Part shown: positions 8,038 through 15,347 of the stretch, piece by piece
Numbering within the stretch: position 1 is the stretch's first letter
Layout: the number at the start of each line of letters is the position of its first letter
NCBI GenBank assembly: GCA_036794765.1
Contig: DAIRGB010000002.1
Coordinates: 1-34,522, forward strand
Length of the DNA: 34,522 nt
DNA from: Patescibacteria group bacterium
GTDB lineage: Bacteria; Patescibacteriota; JAHJAL01
Reading direction: 5' to 3'
Program-made: the position numbers and the translations under genes
The notes under the pieces: generated by a model
What the model saw: the letters and a program-made list of their open reading frames with translations, nothing else
What the model was told of the DNA's origin: nothing
Database searches by the model: none

Positions 8038-9120
8038 ATGAAGAAAATATTTTTATTTCTTCAAATTTTTCTGACGGCTGGAGCGCTGTCAATTTTTTTA
8101 TTGAATGGTTGCGGAGGCGGAGGTGGGGGAGGCAGTACAATTGCTGATCCTCAACCGACATTTACTGCGACATTTTCTACTCCTGTTTTTACCTTCACAC
8201 CTATTGCCTCGGCGACGGCTGGGGCAACCATGACTTCAACAGTAGTGTCGGCTACTGTGACCGCTACTGTAACTAAAACGGCGGCTCCGACGGCAATTTC
8301 TCCGTCTGTGACTGGAAAAATTATGGGGATGTTTTTCGGTTCCGCGGTCAGCGGGGCTAGTGTTACCTTGGGTAGTGAATCTGGCACAACGGATACCCAG
8401 GGTAATTTTTTAATTGCCGGAACAACGGGGAGGATGGTGATAAAAATGGGAGGCTATTATGATTATAGTTTTCCAGTCACCTCCTCTACCTTGGAAATTT
8501 TGCTTGTTGGTGCCGATATGAACAACGTTTCATATTCCTCTTATTTTATAAGGGGAAATTCGAAACGTTGGTTAAAAATTCCTAAGTTTCGAATCAATGA
8601 AAATATAACTGCCGCGCAAGCGGCGGTTATTAAAAAAATAATTATTAATGAAGTATCTGCTCTGACCGGGAATTTTATTAAAGTTTCCGAGTCAGAAATT
8701 TTATCAACAGCTTCAACCGAGCCCGAACAGGGCGAGGTTGTTATTTCAATGGATAATGCGGCGACAAATTCGTTTGCAGAGTTATCATACTCTGGCAACG
8801 AAATTGTTGCCGTTAAAATAGTCCTCAGGGACGAGGACTTGTCTTTGAATGAATACTCATGCCGGACTATTCGGCATGAGTTAGGTCATATGATTGGGTT
8901 GAATCACCCCTTTGAAAGTTTGGGGTGGGATTCACCCGATTTACCGATTAGTGTGATGAACTACGTTAACGACAAAAAGAAGTACTCGTTAACGTATAGT
9001 GAGTTTGATTTGAAAACCGGTACACGAAAGTATAGCCGAGGGGCGGGAAACCAGCTTCCGGACTATGATCCAGATACGCCTCTCGGTAAAATAACAAAAA
9101 TAACAAAAATAATATTATAA
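8038..9120 (+). CDS. Secreted lipoprotein, metzincin-type zinc metalloprotease
   Basis: Signal peptide with lipobox LLNGC, then a Gly7 and Thr/Ala-rich linker. A CarboxypepD_reg-like segment (VTLGSESGTTDTQGNFLIAG) follows. Catalytic motif HELGHMIGLNHPF (HExxHxxGxxH) with downstream SVMNY. Confidence 0.75.
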   Translation: MKKIFLFLQIFLTAGALSIFLLNGCGGGGGGGSTIADPQPTFTATFSTPVFTFTPIASATAGATMTSTVVSATVTATVTKTAAPTAISPSVTGKIMGMFFGSAVSGASVTLGSESGTTDTQGNFLIAGTTGRMVIKMGGYYDYSFPVTSSTLEILLVGADMNNVSYSSYFIRGNSKRWLKIPKFRINENITAAQAAVIKKIIINEVSALTGNFIKVSESEILSTASTEPEQGEVVISMDNAATNSFAELSYSGNEIVAVKIVLRDEDLSLNEYSCRTIRHELGHMIGLNHPFESLGWDSPDLPISVMNYVNDKKKYSLTYSEFDLKTGTRKYSRGAGNQLPDYDPDTPLGKITKITKIIL

Positions 9121-9157
9121 ATAAAGATAAATACAAATAGTTTTTGTTATTTTTTTA

Positions 9158-9186
9158 GACCTGGAGAAATCCGGGTCATTTTTTTT
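9158..9186 (+). terminator. Intrinsic terminator of the metalloprotease gene
   Basis: gacctgg-agaaat-ccgggtc stem (one U-G pair) followed by a then T8. Confidence 0.7.
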
Positions 9187-9202
9187 GGGTTATTATACTG
9201 GT

Positions 9203-9208
9203 TTGACA
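9203..9208 (+). promoter_or_regulatory. Possible -35 box TTGACA for the asnS leader transcript
   Basis: Exact TTGACA about 30 nt upstream of the mini-ORF ATG. I could not find a good -10 at canonical spacing. Confidence 0.2.
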
Positions 9209-9238
9209 ATTATTATTAATATTTGTTAGTCTTTAAGT

Positions 9239-9289
9239 ATGAAAACTCAACGAAACAATAATTTTGATGCTAATAATAACTGGGCCTAA
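9239..9289 (+). CDS. Candidate Asn-rich leader peptide MKTQRNNNFDANNNWA (16 codons, 6 Asn) upstream of asnS
   Basis: ATG...TAA mini-ORF read directly from the sequence. There are two runs of three Asn codons. It is followed by overlapping alternative helices and an intrinsic terminator. No clear SD. Confidence 0.3.
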   Translation: MKTQRNNNFDANNNWA

Positions 9290-9328
9290 GGTTGCTGGGT
9301 AAATTGTTGTTTTCTAAAAAAATATTTT

Positions 9329-9355
9329 ACCGGGCGACTTTAGCTCGGTTTTTTT
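9329..9355 (+). terminator. Intrinsic terminator / putative attenuator in the asnS leader
   Basis: accgggc-gacttta-gctcggt stem (7 bp, one G-U) followed by a T-run. It lies downstream of a separate terminator for the preceding gene, so it is not needed for that gene. Confidence 0.55.
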
Positions 9356-9385
9356 GTGACAATTGGAAATTTGTTGGTTGTGGTT

Positions 9386-9491
9386 GGATTTTAATTTGAT
9401 GCAATTATTTTTAACTTTTTAAACAAGAGGTTGGGACCAATAAGAGCTTAACTGTAAAGAAGTTAAAAATAATTGCATCAAATTAAAATCC
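9386..9491 (+). repeat. Hairpin B2: 35 bp inverted repeat (9386-9420 / 9457-9491, one T:G pair) around a family-B loop
   Basis: The loop is aaacaagaggttgggaccaataagagcttaactgt(a). The only non-Watson-Crick pair is t9418:g9459. Confidence 0.9.
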
Positions 9492-9510
9492 TTTAGTAGG
9501 TATTGAGGCC

Positions 9511-9615
9511 GGATTCCAATTGAATATTATTTATTTAACTTTTTTAAACGAAATGTTGGGACCAATAAGAGCTTAACGGTAAAGAAGTTAAATAAATAAT
9601 ATTCAATTGGAATCC
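9511..9615 (+). repeat. Hairpin B3: 35 bp inverted repeat (9511-9545 / 9581-9615, one T:G pair) around a family-B loop, in tandem with B2
   Basis: The loop is aaacgaaatgttgggaccaataagagcttaacggt, with 4/35 differences from B2. The T:G pair (t9542:g9584) is at the position equivalent to that in B2. Confidence 0.9.
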
Positions 9616-9683
9616 TTTACTTGATCATAGATAATTTAATTTAAAAATAATTGGTAAGATAAAATTTTTATGGGGAGAAAAAA

Positions 9684-10976
9684 ATGGAGTATGCTTTGAC
9701 GAAAGATTTGAAGGATTATTTGGATCGAGAGGTGACGATGAAAGGGTGGGTATATAATTTTCGTTCCAGTGGCAAGATTATGTTTTTGCAGTTTCGGGAT
9801 GGTTATGGGTTTGTTCAGGTGGTGGCGAGTGAGGATGAGGTGGGGGCGGAAATTTGGCAAAAATTGGGAGAATTAGCTTTGGAAACTTCGATTGAGCTTA
9901 CGGGACGGGTGAGCAAACACCCAAGGAAAGAGGAATATGAAGTTCAGTTGGTGAGTTTGAAGATAGTGGGGACGAGTGTGGATTATCCGATTGGAAAAAA
10001 AGAACACGGGCCGGATTTTTTGCTGTCCAATCGACATTTGTGGCTGCGTAGTCAAAAACAGTGGGCGATTATGCGGATTAGGAATGTGGTGATCAACGCC
10101 ATTTATGAGTATTTGAATGAGCAGAATTTTATCAAAATAGATGCGCCGGTTTTGACGCCCAATGCTTGTGAGGGGACGACAACTTTGTTTGAATTGGATT
10201 ATTTTGATCAGGGGAAAGCTTATTTGACTCAGTCGGGGCAACTGTATATTGAGGCGGCGATTTTTAGTGTTGGGAGGTGTTTTGATTTTGGGCCGGTGTT
10301 TCGGGCGGAAAAAAGTAAGACCCGACGGCATTTGACGGAATTTTGGATGATGGATGCGGAGGCGGCTTATGTGGAACATACGGAAAGTATGAAAATTCAG
10401 GAAGGGAATGTGCGGCATATTATTCGTCGGGTATTGGAAAAGTGTCAGGTGGAGTTGGTAATTTTGGAGCGAGATATTGAAGCTTTGAAAAAAGCGGATA
10501 ATGATTTCAAAATTATGTCGTATGAAGAGGCGATTGCTTATTTGCAAGCCAATGGCTCGGATATTCAATATGGCGAGGATTTGGGGGCGGATGATGAGAC
10601 GATTTTGACTGCCAAAAGTGAGGTGCCGATTTTTGTTGATCGTTGGCCCAAAGATATCAAAGCGTTTTATATGAAAATCAATCCGGAAAATCCAAAATTG
10701 GTTTTGAACAATGATTTGATTGCGCCTGAGGGGTATGGTGAGGTAATCGGTGGTTCACAAAGGGAAGATAATTATGATTTGTTGTTGGAGCGAATGAAAG
10801 AAGAAAAACTTCCTTTGGATGATTATCAATGGTATTTGGATTTGCGGAAATATGGTAGTGTACCGCATAGTGGTTATGGAATTGGTTTGGAAAGAATGGT
10901 AGCTTGGATGTGCGGGGTGAAACATATTCGGGAGACTATTCCCTTTCCTCGCCTGATTTCGCGAATTTATCCTTAA
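9684..10976 (+). CDS. asnS: Asparagine--tRNA ligase
   Basis: 430 aa. N-terminal OB fold and class IIb core with FRAEKSKTRRHLTEFWMMDAE and GYGIGLERM. RBS ggggag lies upstream. Confidence 0.9.
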   Translation: MEYALTKDLKDYLDREVTMKGWVYNFRSSGKIMFLQFRDGYGFVQVVASEDEVGAEIWQKLGELALETSIELTGRVSKHPRKEEYEVQLVSLKIVGTSVDYPIGKKEHGPDFLLSNRHLWLRSQKQWAIMRIRNVVINAIYEYLNEQNFIKIDAPVLTPNACEGTTTLFELDYFDQGKAYLTQSGQLYIEAAIFSVGRCFDFGPVFRAEKSKTRRHLTEFWMMDAEAAYVEHTESMKIQEGNVRHIIRRVLEKCQVELVILERDIEALKKADNDFKIMSYEEAIAYLQANGSDIQYGEDLGADDETILTAKSEVPIFVDRWPKDIKAFYMKINPENPKLVLNNDLIAPEGYGEVIGGSQREDNYDLLLERMKEEKLPLDDYQWYLDLRKYGSVPHSGYGIGLERMVAWMCGVKHIRETIPFPRLISRIYP

Positions 10977-11000
10977 AATATTTTTTTATAAAGGTGCGGT

Positions 11001-11639
11001 ATGCTGGAAAAATGGGAGATAAGGGAGGGAAAAAAAGAATTGGAGGAGAACGAAAAGGCAAGGATACGGCTAGATAAGGCCAAGGCGATCGAGATTGTGC
11101 ATGGTGTAAAATTAAGGTTGTTTGGCGATTGCCATGATCGAGTTTGTCGGGGGCGTTATGATTTGACGGATGATTTTTTTAGTCGAAAAAATGGTGCGGC
11201 CAGTTTTTCTAAAAATTGTTTTACAGTTGATCCTGCGGCTAGGGGTCCAAAGAGAGTAAATCCGATTTTTGATGGACGTTTGTGTTGGCAAGAGTTGAAA
11301 TATCGGATTGAGGGAGAAGATAGTCATGGAATGAGAATTGAAGGGCAATTTTGGAAAGTAAAGCAGCTGCGGGAAAAGATATTGCAGTATATTGGATGGA
11401 AATCGGAAAAAATCAGGGAAATACATCCGGATATTTTTTATTCAGTGATATTGAATTATGGTAATTTGACAGAGGCTTTTCGGGATATTGGACAAAAATA
11501 CAAGATAAAATGGACCAATTATGATGAGATAATCGAAAAATTGGTGGCGGCGAATTTGTCGGATTATTTTATTGGTTGGATTACGGGTTCGTGTATAGGA
11601 AAAATCGAACGGCGGAAGAAGAGCAAAAAAACAACCTGA
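11001..11639 (+). CDS. Hypothetical protein (no domain recognised)
   Basis: 212-aa ORF co-directional with asnS, 24 nt downstream, ending in a terminator. No motif I can name. Confidence 0.5.
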   Translation: MLEKWEIREGKKELEENEKARIRLDKAKAIEIVHGVKLRLFGDCHDRVCRGRYDLTDDFFSRKNGAASFSKNCFTVDPAARGPKRVNPIFDGRLCWQELKYRIEGEDSHGMRIEGQFWKVKQLREKILQYIGWKSEKIREIHPDIFYSVILNYGNLTEAFRDIGQKYKIKWTNYDEIIEKLVAANLSDYFIGWITGSCIGKIERRKKSKKTT

Positions 11640-11653
11640 GATGGTTGTTTTTT
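11625..11653. terminator. Bidirectional terminator between convergent genes
   Basis: aaaaaacaacc-tgagat-ggttgtttttt: A-tract, stem and T-tract symmetric on both strands. Confidence 0.6.
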
Positions 11654-11696
11654 AGTGAACAGGAATTGAAAAATGAAAGGAAATAATAATATTTTG

Positions 11697-13025
11697 CTAA
11701 ATTTGGGGAGTTGTGATTGTTTTGTTTTTGCGAAAAAAACGAATCAGAAGAAGAATGGCCACTACTGTAAGTACAATAGCAAAGACAATGACAATAATGG
11801 CAATGATTATTGCTGGATAGAAAAAATAATTTGAAGATGAATTGTTGGTATAATTTTGTGTGATTTCGTTTTCAATATCATTCCATTGTTTTAGGTTGGT
11901 TTGGGCGTCAATTTGTTCGGTGGGAGTAATAAATTGATCGTCGATTGTAACTGAATAACCAGCAGTGACATCTACTGTTTGGTCGGCTGATTGGGTGGTT
12001 TGGACTATTCCTTCATAGACTTCGATGACTGAATTTTGCTTACCGGTGGCTACGGCGAATTTTGTTCCCTTGACCATAAAAGACCCATGCTGGGTGACTA
12101 GTCGCATTTTGTTGCCTGTTTTCCAAAAAGTACTAGCAACAGTTCCGTGTTCTACTCTAAAACCATCAGATGTTTTGCGAAGCAGGGTATTTTCCATCAG
12201 GATAAATTTGGTGCCATCGGAAAATTTTAAAATTACTCGGCCGTTGCCAGTTTTGATTTCGTCTCCCTCTTTCAAGGTGGCGCCGTTTTGACCTTCTTCC
12301 CAAACTCGATCGTAATCTACTAAATGACCATTGATATTGGTATTGCCTTCGCCGAAATTTAAATGATTGTTGAGGCTTTCAAGAAAACCGGTCTTTTTAT
12401 TTGAGTCACTGATTGAGACTTCGCCAATCACTTTTTCCATAATTGGTAGGGAGTGATCAATTCTTTGATTGAAATCATCGTTGGCCGATTGGTCGGAAAA
12501 ACTCATGTCGCTGGTGGCCGTTTTGGATAAAACGGCGGAGAAATTCATTGTTTCTGCTGAACCGCAATTTCCTTCCCAAGGGCATTTGGTATTTTCTGGA
12601 ATATCACTTGCCGAAAGATTCATGGTGCCTTGATCAATTGTCCCAGTTATTTTGGAATCAATATTCCAGGCAGCCAGTTCTATGCCATAGACACAAAAAC
12701 CAATCCGACCTGATAGTTTTCCGTTGATTTTGCCACTCTGGTCAATCTGGCCGGCAATATTGTTGTCATATTGAACGGTTAATAAGGATAATTGTTCGAA
12801 TGGTATCATTTCCCAACCAGTATTGATAGTAAAATTCGAGTTAATTATTTTGGTTGAGACATTTATTTCTTTGGTAAAGGAATTATTGTTGGCAGTTAAA
12901 ATGCCGGTATATTCTCCATCGTATTTGCTGGCAGCCGGAGTATGAGTGGGTAGAAAACAAAGAGAAAATAAAATTATCCCAATAATTTTCTTTAGCATAA
13001 ATTTTATTGTTAATTTTATAATCAA
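11697..13025 (-). CDS. Surface/secreted FecR-domain protein with N-terminal signal and C-terminal TM anchor
   Basis: Hydrophobic N-terminus. FecR-like segment (GNGRVILKFSDGTKFILMENT...VKGTKFAV). C-terminal helix AIIIAIIVIVFAIVLTVVAILLLI. The true start may be the internal Met at 12998. Confidence 0.65.
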   Translation of the reverse strand: MIIKLTIKFMLKKIIGIILFSLCFLPTHTPAASKYDGEYTGILTANNNSFTKEINVSTKIINSNFTINTGWEMIPFEQLSLLTVQYDNNIAGQIDQSGKINGKLSGRIGFCVYGIELAAWNIDSKITGTIDQGTMNLSASDIPENTKCPWEGNCGSAETMNFSAVLSKTATSDMSFSDQSANDDFNQRIDHSLPIMEKVIGEVSISDSNKKTGFLESLNNHLNFGEGNTNINGHLVDYDRVWEEGQNGATLKEGDEIKTGNGRVILKFSDGTKFILMENTLLRKTSDGFRVEHGTVASTFWKTGNKMRLVTQHGSFMVKGTKFAVATGKQNSVIEVYEGIVQTTQSADQTVDVTAGYSVTIDDQFITPTEQIDAQTNLKQWNDIENEITQNYTNNSSSNYFFYPAIIIAIIVIVFAIVLTVVAILLLIRFFRKNKTITTPQI

Positions 13026-13209
13026 TATCTGATTTTATTATAGACCTTTTCTTTATTTTCAAATATTGTTATCCAATATTTTTAGAAAACTAACAGGGGC
13101 TTTGATTGTTAACTAATTTAAAATCTGGGGAATAGTGGAATATCATTGGGAATAATAATACGATGGTAGGGTGAGTAGAAAATATAATTTGAATATAGAG
13201 GAAATAAAT

Positions 13210-14613
13210 ATGCTTGAACGAAAAAATGAAGTGGGAGTAATTGGATTGTCGGTGATGGGGGCTAATCTGGCGATGAATATTGCCGATCATGGTTTTAATA
13301 TCTCGGTTTTCAATCGATCTTCGGAAAAAACGGATAATTTGAAACGGAGTTATGCAAATGAGAATATGATGGCTTGTTATTCATTGACGGAATTTGTCGA
13401 GAGTTTGTCTGTACCTAGAAAGATAATTTTGATGATCGAGGCCGGTAACCCGGTGGATTTGGTGATAGAACAATTGAAACCATTTCTTCAAGCCGGTGAT
13501 ATAGTCGTGGATGGGGGTAATTCTTTTTTTCAAGATACAATCAGAAGAGAAAAATATTTGCGAGAGAGCGGGATAAATTTTGTCGGAATGGGCGTGTCCG
13601 GTGGAGAGGAAGGCGCGAGAAGAGGTCCGGCAATTATGCCTGGTGGTAGTGAGTTGGCTTGGAAAGAGTTGGAGCCGATATTGCAAAAAATCGCGGCCAA
13701 AGATTTTGATGGTAATCCTTGTGTGGCGCATATTGGCCCAGATGGTGCCGGTCATTATGTAAAAATGGTGCACAACGGAATTGAATATATCGATATGCAG
13801 TTGATTGCGGAGACTTATTGGCTCATGAAAAATGTGATGGGTTTGGATAATGAAGCGATGGCTGCGCAATTTGAGAATTGGAACCGAGGGCGACTCAATT
13901 CTTTTTTGATTGAAATTACGGCCAAAATTTTGCGCAAAAAAAACGAATCCGGTGTTTATGTAATTGATACGATTTTGGATAGTGCCGGCAACAAAGGGAC
14001 CGGGAAGTGGACTTCGATCGAATCTTTGAATTTGGGTACTCCATCTTTTGGTTTTGTCGGGGCGGTGTTGGCCAGATATGTTTCGGCTCATAAAGAACGT
14101 CGGTTGGCTATTTCGTCGCAGTATGAAAATGGAGGAAAAACAGAGAGTAGTCAAATTGATTTTAAACAATTGGAAAGTTCTTTGTATGTGGCTAAGATTT
14201 TGGCCTATGCTCAAGGTTATGAATTGTTGTTTTTTGCTGGAAAAGAGTATGGGTGGAATTTGAATTTTTCTCAGATATCGAGTTTGTGGCAAGGGGGGTG
14301 TATTATTCGGGCGGAATTTTTACAAAAAATTGCTCAGGTATTGGCGGAAAGTGGAGAGGATAAAAACCTGATGGAGATGGATTATTTTAAAGATATATTA
14401 CTGAAAGAAAGTGGTAATTTGCGAGAAGTGGTGATAGCTGCAATTCAAGCGCAAATTCCGATGGCGGCGATGATGTCTGGTTTGGTATATTTTGATTCAA
14501 TGAAAAGTGAGCGATTGCCTGCCAATTTGTTGCAAGCGCAACGGGATTTTTTTGGGGCACATACGTTTCAGACGGAAATAAATGGTCCATTTATGCACCA
14601 TCAATGGGAATAA
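13210..14613 (+). CDS. gnd: 6-phosphogluconate dehydrogenase, decarboxylating
   Basis: VGVIGLSVMGANLAMN Rossmann start, GMGVSGGEEGA, HYVKMVHNGIEY. ATG 13210 follows RBS gagga; the GTG 13171 start in the ORF track is less likely. Confidence 0.95.
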   Translation: MLERKNEVGVIGLSVMGANLAMNIADHGFNISVFNRSSEKTDNLKRSYANENMMACYSLTEFVESLSVPRKIILMIEAGNPVDLVIEQLKPFLQAGDIVVDGGNSFFQDTIRREKYLRESGINFVGMGVSGGEEGARRGPAIMPGGSELAWKELEPILQKIAAKDFDGNPCVAHIGPDGAGHYVKMVHNGIEYIDMQLIAETYWLMKNVMGLDNEAMAAQFENWNRGRLNSFLIEITAKILRKKNESGVYVIDTILDSAGNKGTGKWTSIESLNLGTPSFGFVGAVLARYVSAHKERRLAISSQYENGGKTESSQIDFKQLESSLYVAKILAYAQGYELLFFAGKEYGWNLNFSQISSLWQGGCIIRAEFLQKIAQVLAESGEDKNLMEMDYFKDILLKESGNLREVVIAAIQAQIPMAAMMSGLVYFDSMKSERLPANLLQAQRDFFGAHTFQTEINGPFMHHQWE

Positions 14614-15344
14614 GGAAAAAACATAATAATTTTGATTGGCGGGTAGCAAAAGATCAAGTGAAGGCAGCCAAGATTATTGGTCAAAACATTTCGGATGATT
14701 TGGCGAGGATGGGCGATGAGTTGGTTTTACTGTTGATTTCCGGTGGATCGACGCTAAAAGTGTTGGAATATATAGAAACTACGGATTGGACCAAAGTAAC
14801 ACTATTTTTTCTGGATGAAAGATATAGTATTGATAATTCTGATAGTAATTTTGCTCAACTTTTGCAGTTGGATTGGTGGGTGAAAGTTAGGGATTTGGGG
14901 GTTCGGTTTGTTGATAGTCGGGTATTACCTGGTGAAGATTTGGATGTTTTTTCCAGGAGGTTGGACAAAAATTTACAAAATTGGTTGGAAACTAATCCTA
15001 AGGGAAAAAAGATAGCAATCATGGGAATGGGATTGGATGGACACACGGCTGGCATATTCCCCTATCCGGAAGATCCGGATTTATTTGCCAAATTATTTGA
15101 TAATAAAAAATTTATTGTGTCACACAATGTTTTTGGTAAGAATAATTTTCCCCAAAGAGTGACGACAACATTTTGTTTTTTTGATTTATTGGATAAAAGT
15201 TATATTTATGTTTGCGGAGAAGAAAAAAGAGAAGCGTTAACTAAATTAAAGGAAAATAGGCTGCCAAAACATGAATTTCCGGCGGGGATTATTTATAATA
15301 TAAAAGACGTGCTTTTAGTAACCGATATTGATTTAGGAAAATAA
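14604..15344 (+). CDS. pgl: 6-phosphogluconolactonase
   Basis: ISGGST, FFLDERY and MGMGLDGHTAGIFP motifs. Overlaps the gnd stop by 10 nt. Confidence 0.85.
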   Translation: MGIRKKHNNFDWRVAKDQVKAAKIIGQNISDDLARMGDELVLLLISGGSTLKVLEYIETTDWTKVTLFFLDERYSIDNSDSNFAQLLQLDWWVKVRDLGVRFVDSRVLPGEDLDVFSRRLDKNLQNWLETNPKGKKIAIMGMGLDGHTAGIFPYPEDPDLFAKLFDNKKFIVSHNVFGKNNFPQRVTTTFCFFDLLDKSYIYVCGEEKREALTKLKENRLPKHEFPAGIIYNIKDVLLVTDIDLGK

Positions 15345-15347
15345 AAT

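Noticed and set aside
8104-8130. GGN simple repeat (ggcggaggcggaggtgggggaggc) and the 12-nt tandem repeat at 28586-28612, as regulatory or CRISPR-like repeats
   Set aside because: Both are in frame inside ORFs, encoding Gly7 and QYST repeats respectively. They are coding low-complexity rather than independent elements.
9190-9360. T-box riboswitch upstream of asnS (and likewise upstream of pheS)
   Set aside because: I found no T-box consensus (AANNNGGGUGGNACCGCG-like), no recognisable specifier-loop or K-turn arrangement, and the region is too short. The leader-peptide model fits better.
9421-9456. Integron attC-like site (GCTTAAC fits RYYYAAC; GTTGGGA is close to GTTRRRY)
   Set aside because: The two motifs are in the wrong order and lie inside the loop rather than at the ends of the palindrome. 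The flanking genes are core housekeeping genes rather than cassettes, and there is no integrase.
9386-9615. Possible CRISPR-like array, because two similar units lie in tandem
   Set aside because: There are only two units. The conserved parts are hairpin loops flanked by self-complementary variable arms, not direct repeats separated by unique spacers. No cas genes are in the window.
13061-13081. Palindrome aaatattg-ttatc-caatattt in the divergent region between the FecR-like gene and gnd, as a possible operator
   Set aside because: An 8-bp, nearly all-A/T palindrome is expected by chance in this composition, and there is no second copy or associated regulator gene. It is recorded only as a weak possibility.
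13381-14292. Long antisense ORFs opposite conserved genes: 13381-14292 versus gnd, 9873-10568 versus asnS, 5381-5977 versus pheT, 22062-22757 versus the permeases, 11112-11426, and many 60-110 aa ORFs
   Set aside because: Each lies fully inside a strongly supported conserved gene on the other strand, and their translations are low-complexity (rich in I, F, N, P, S, H). They are typical shadow ORFs of AT-rich DNA.
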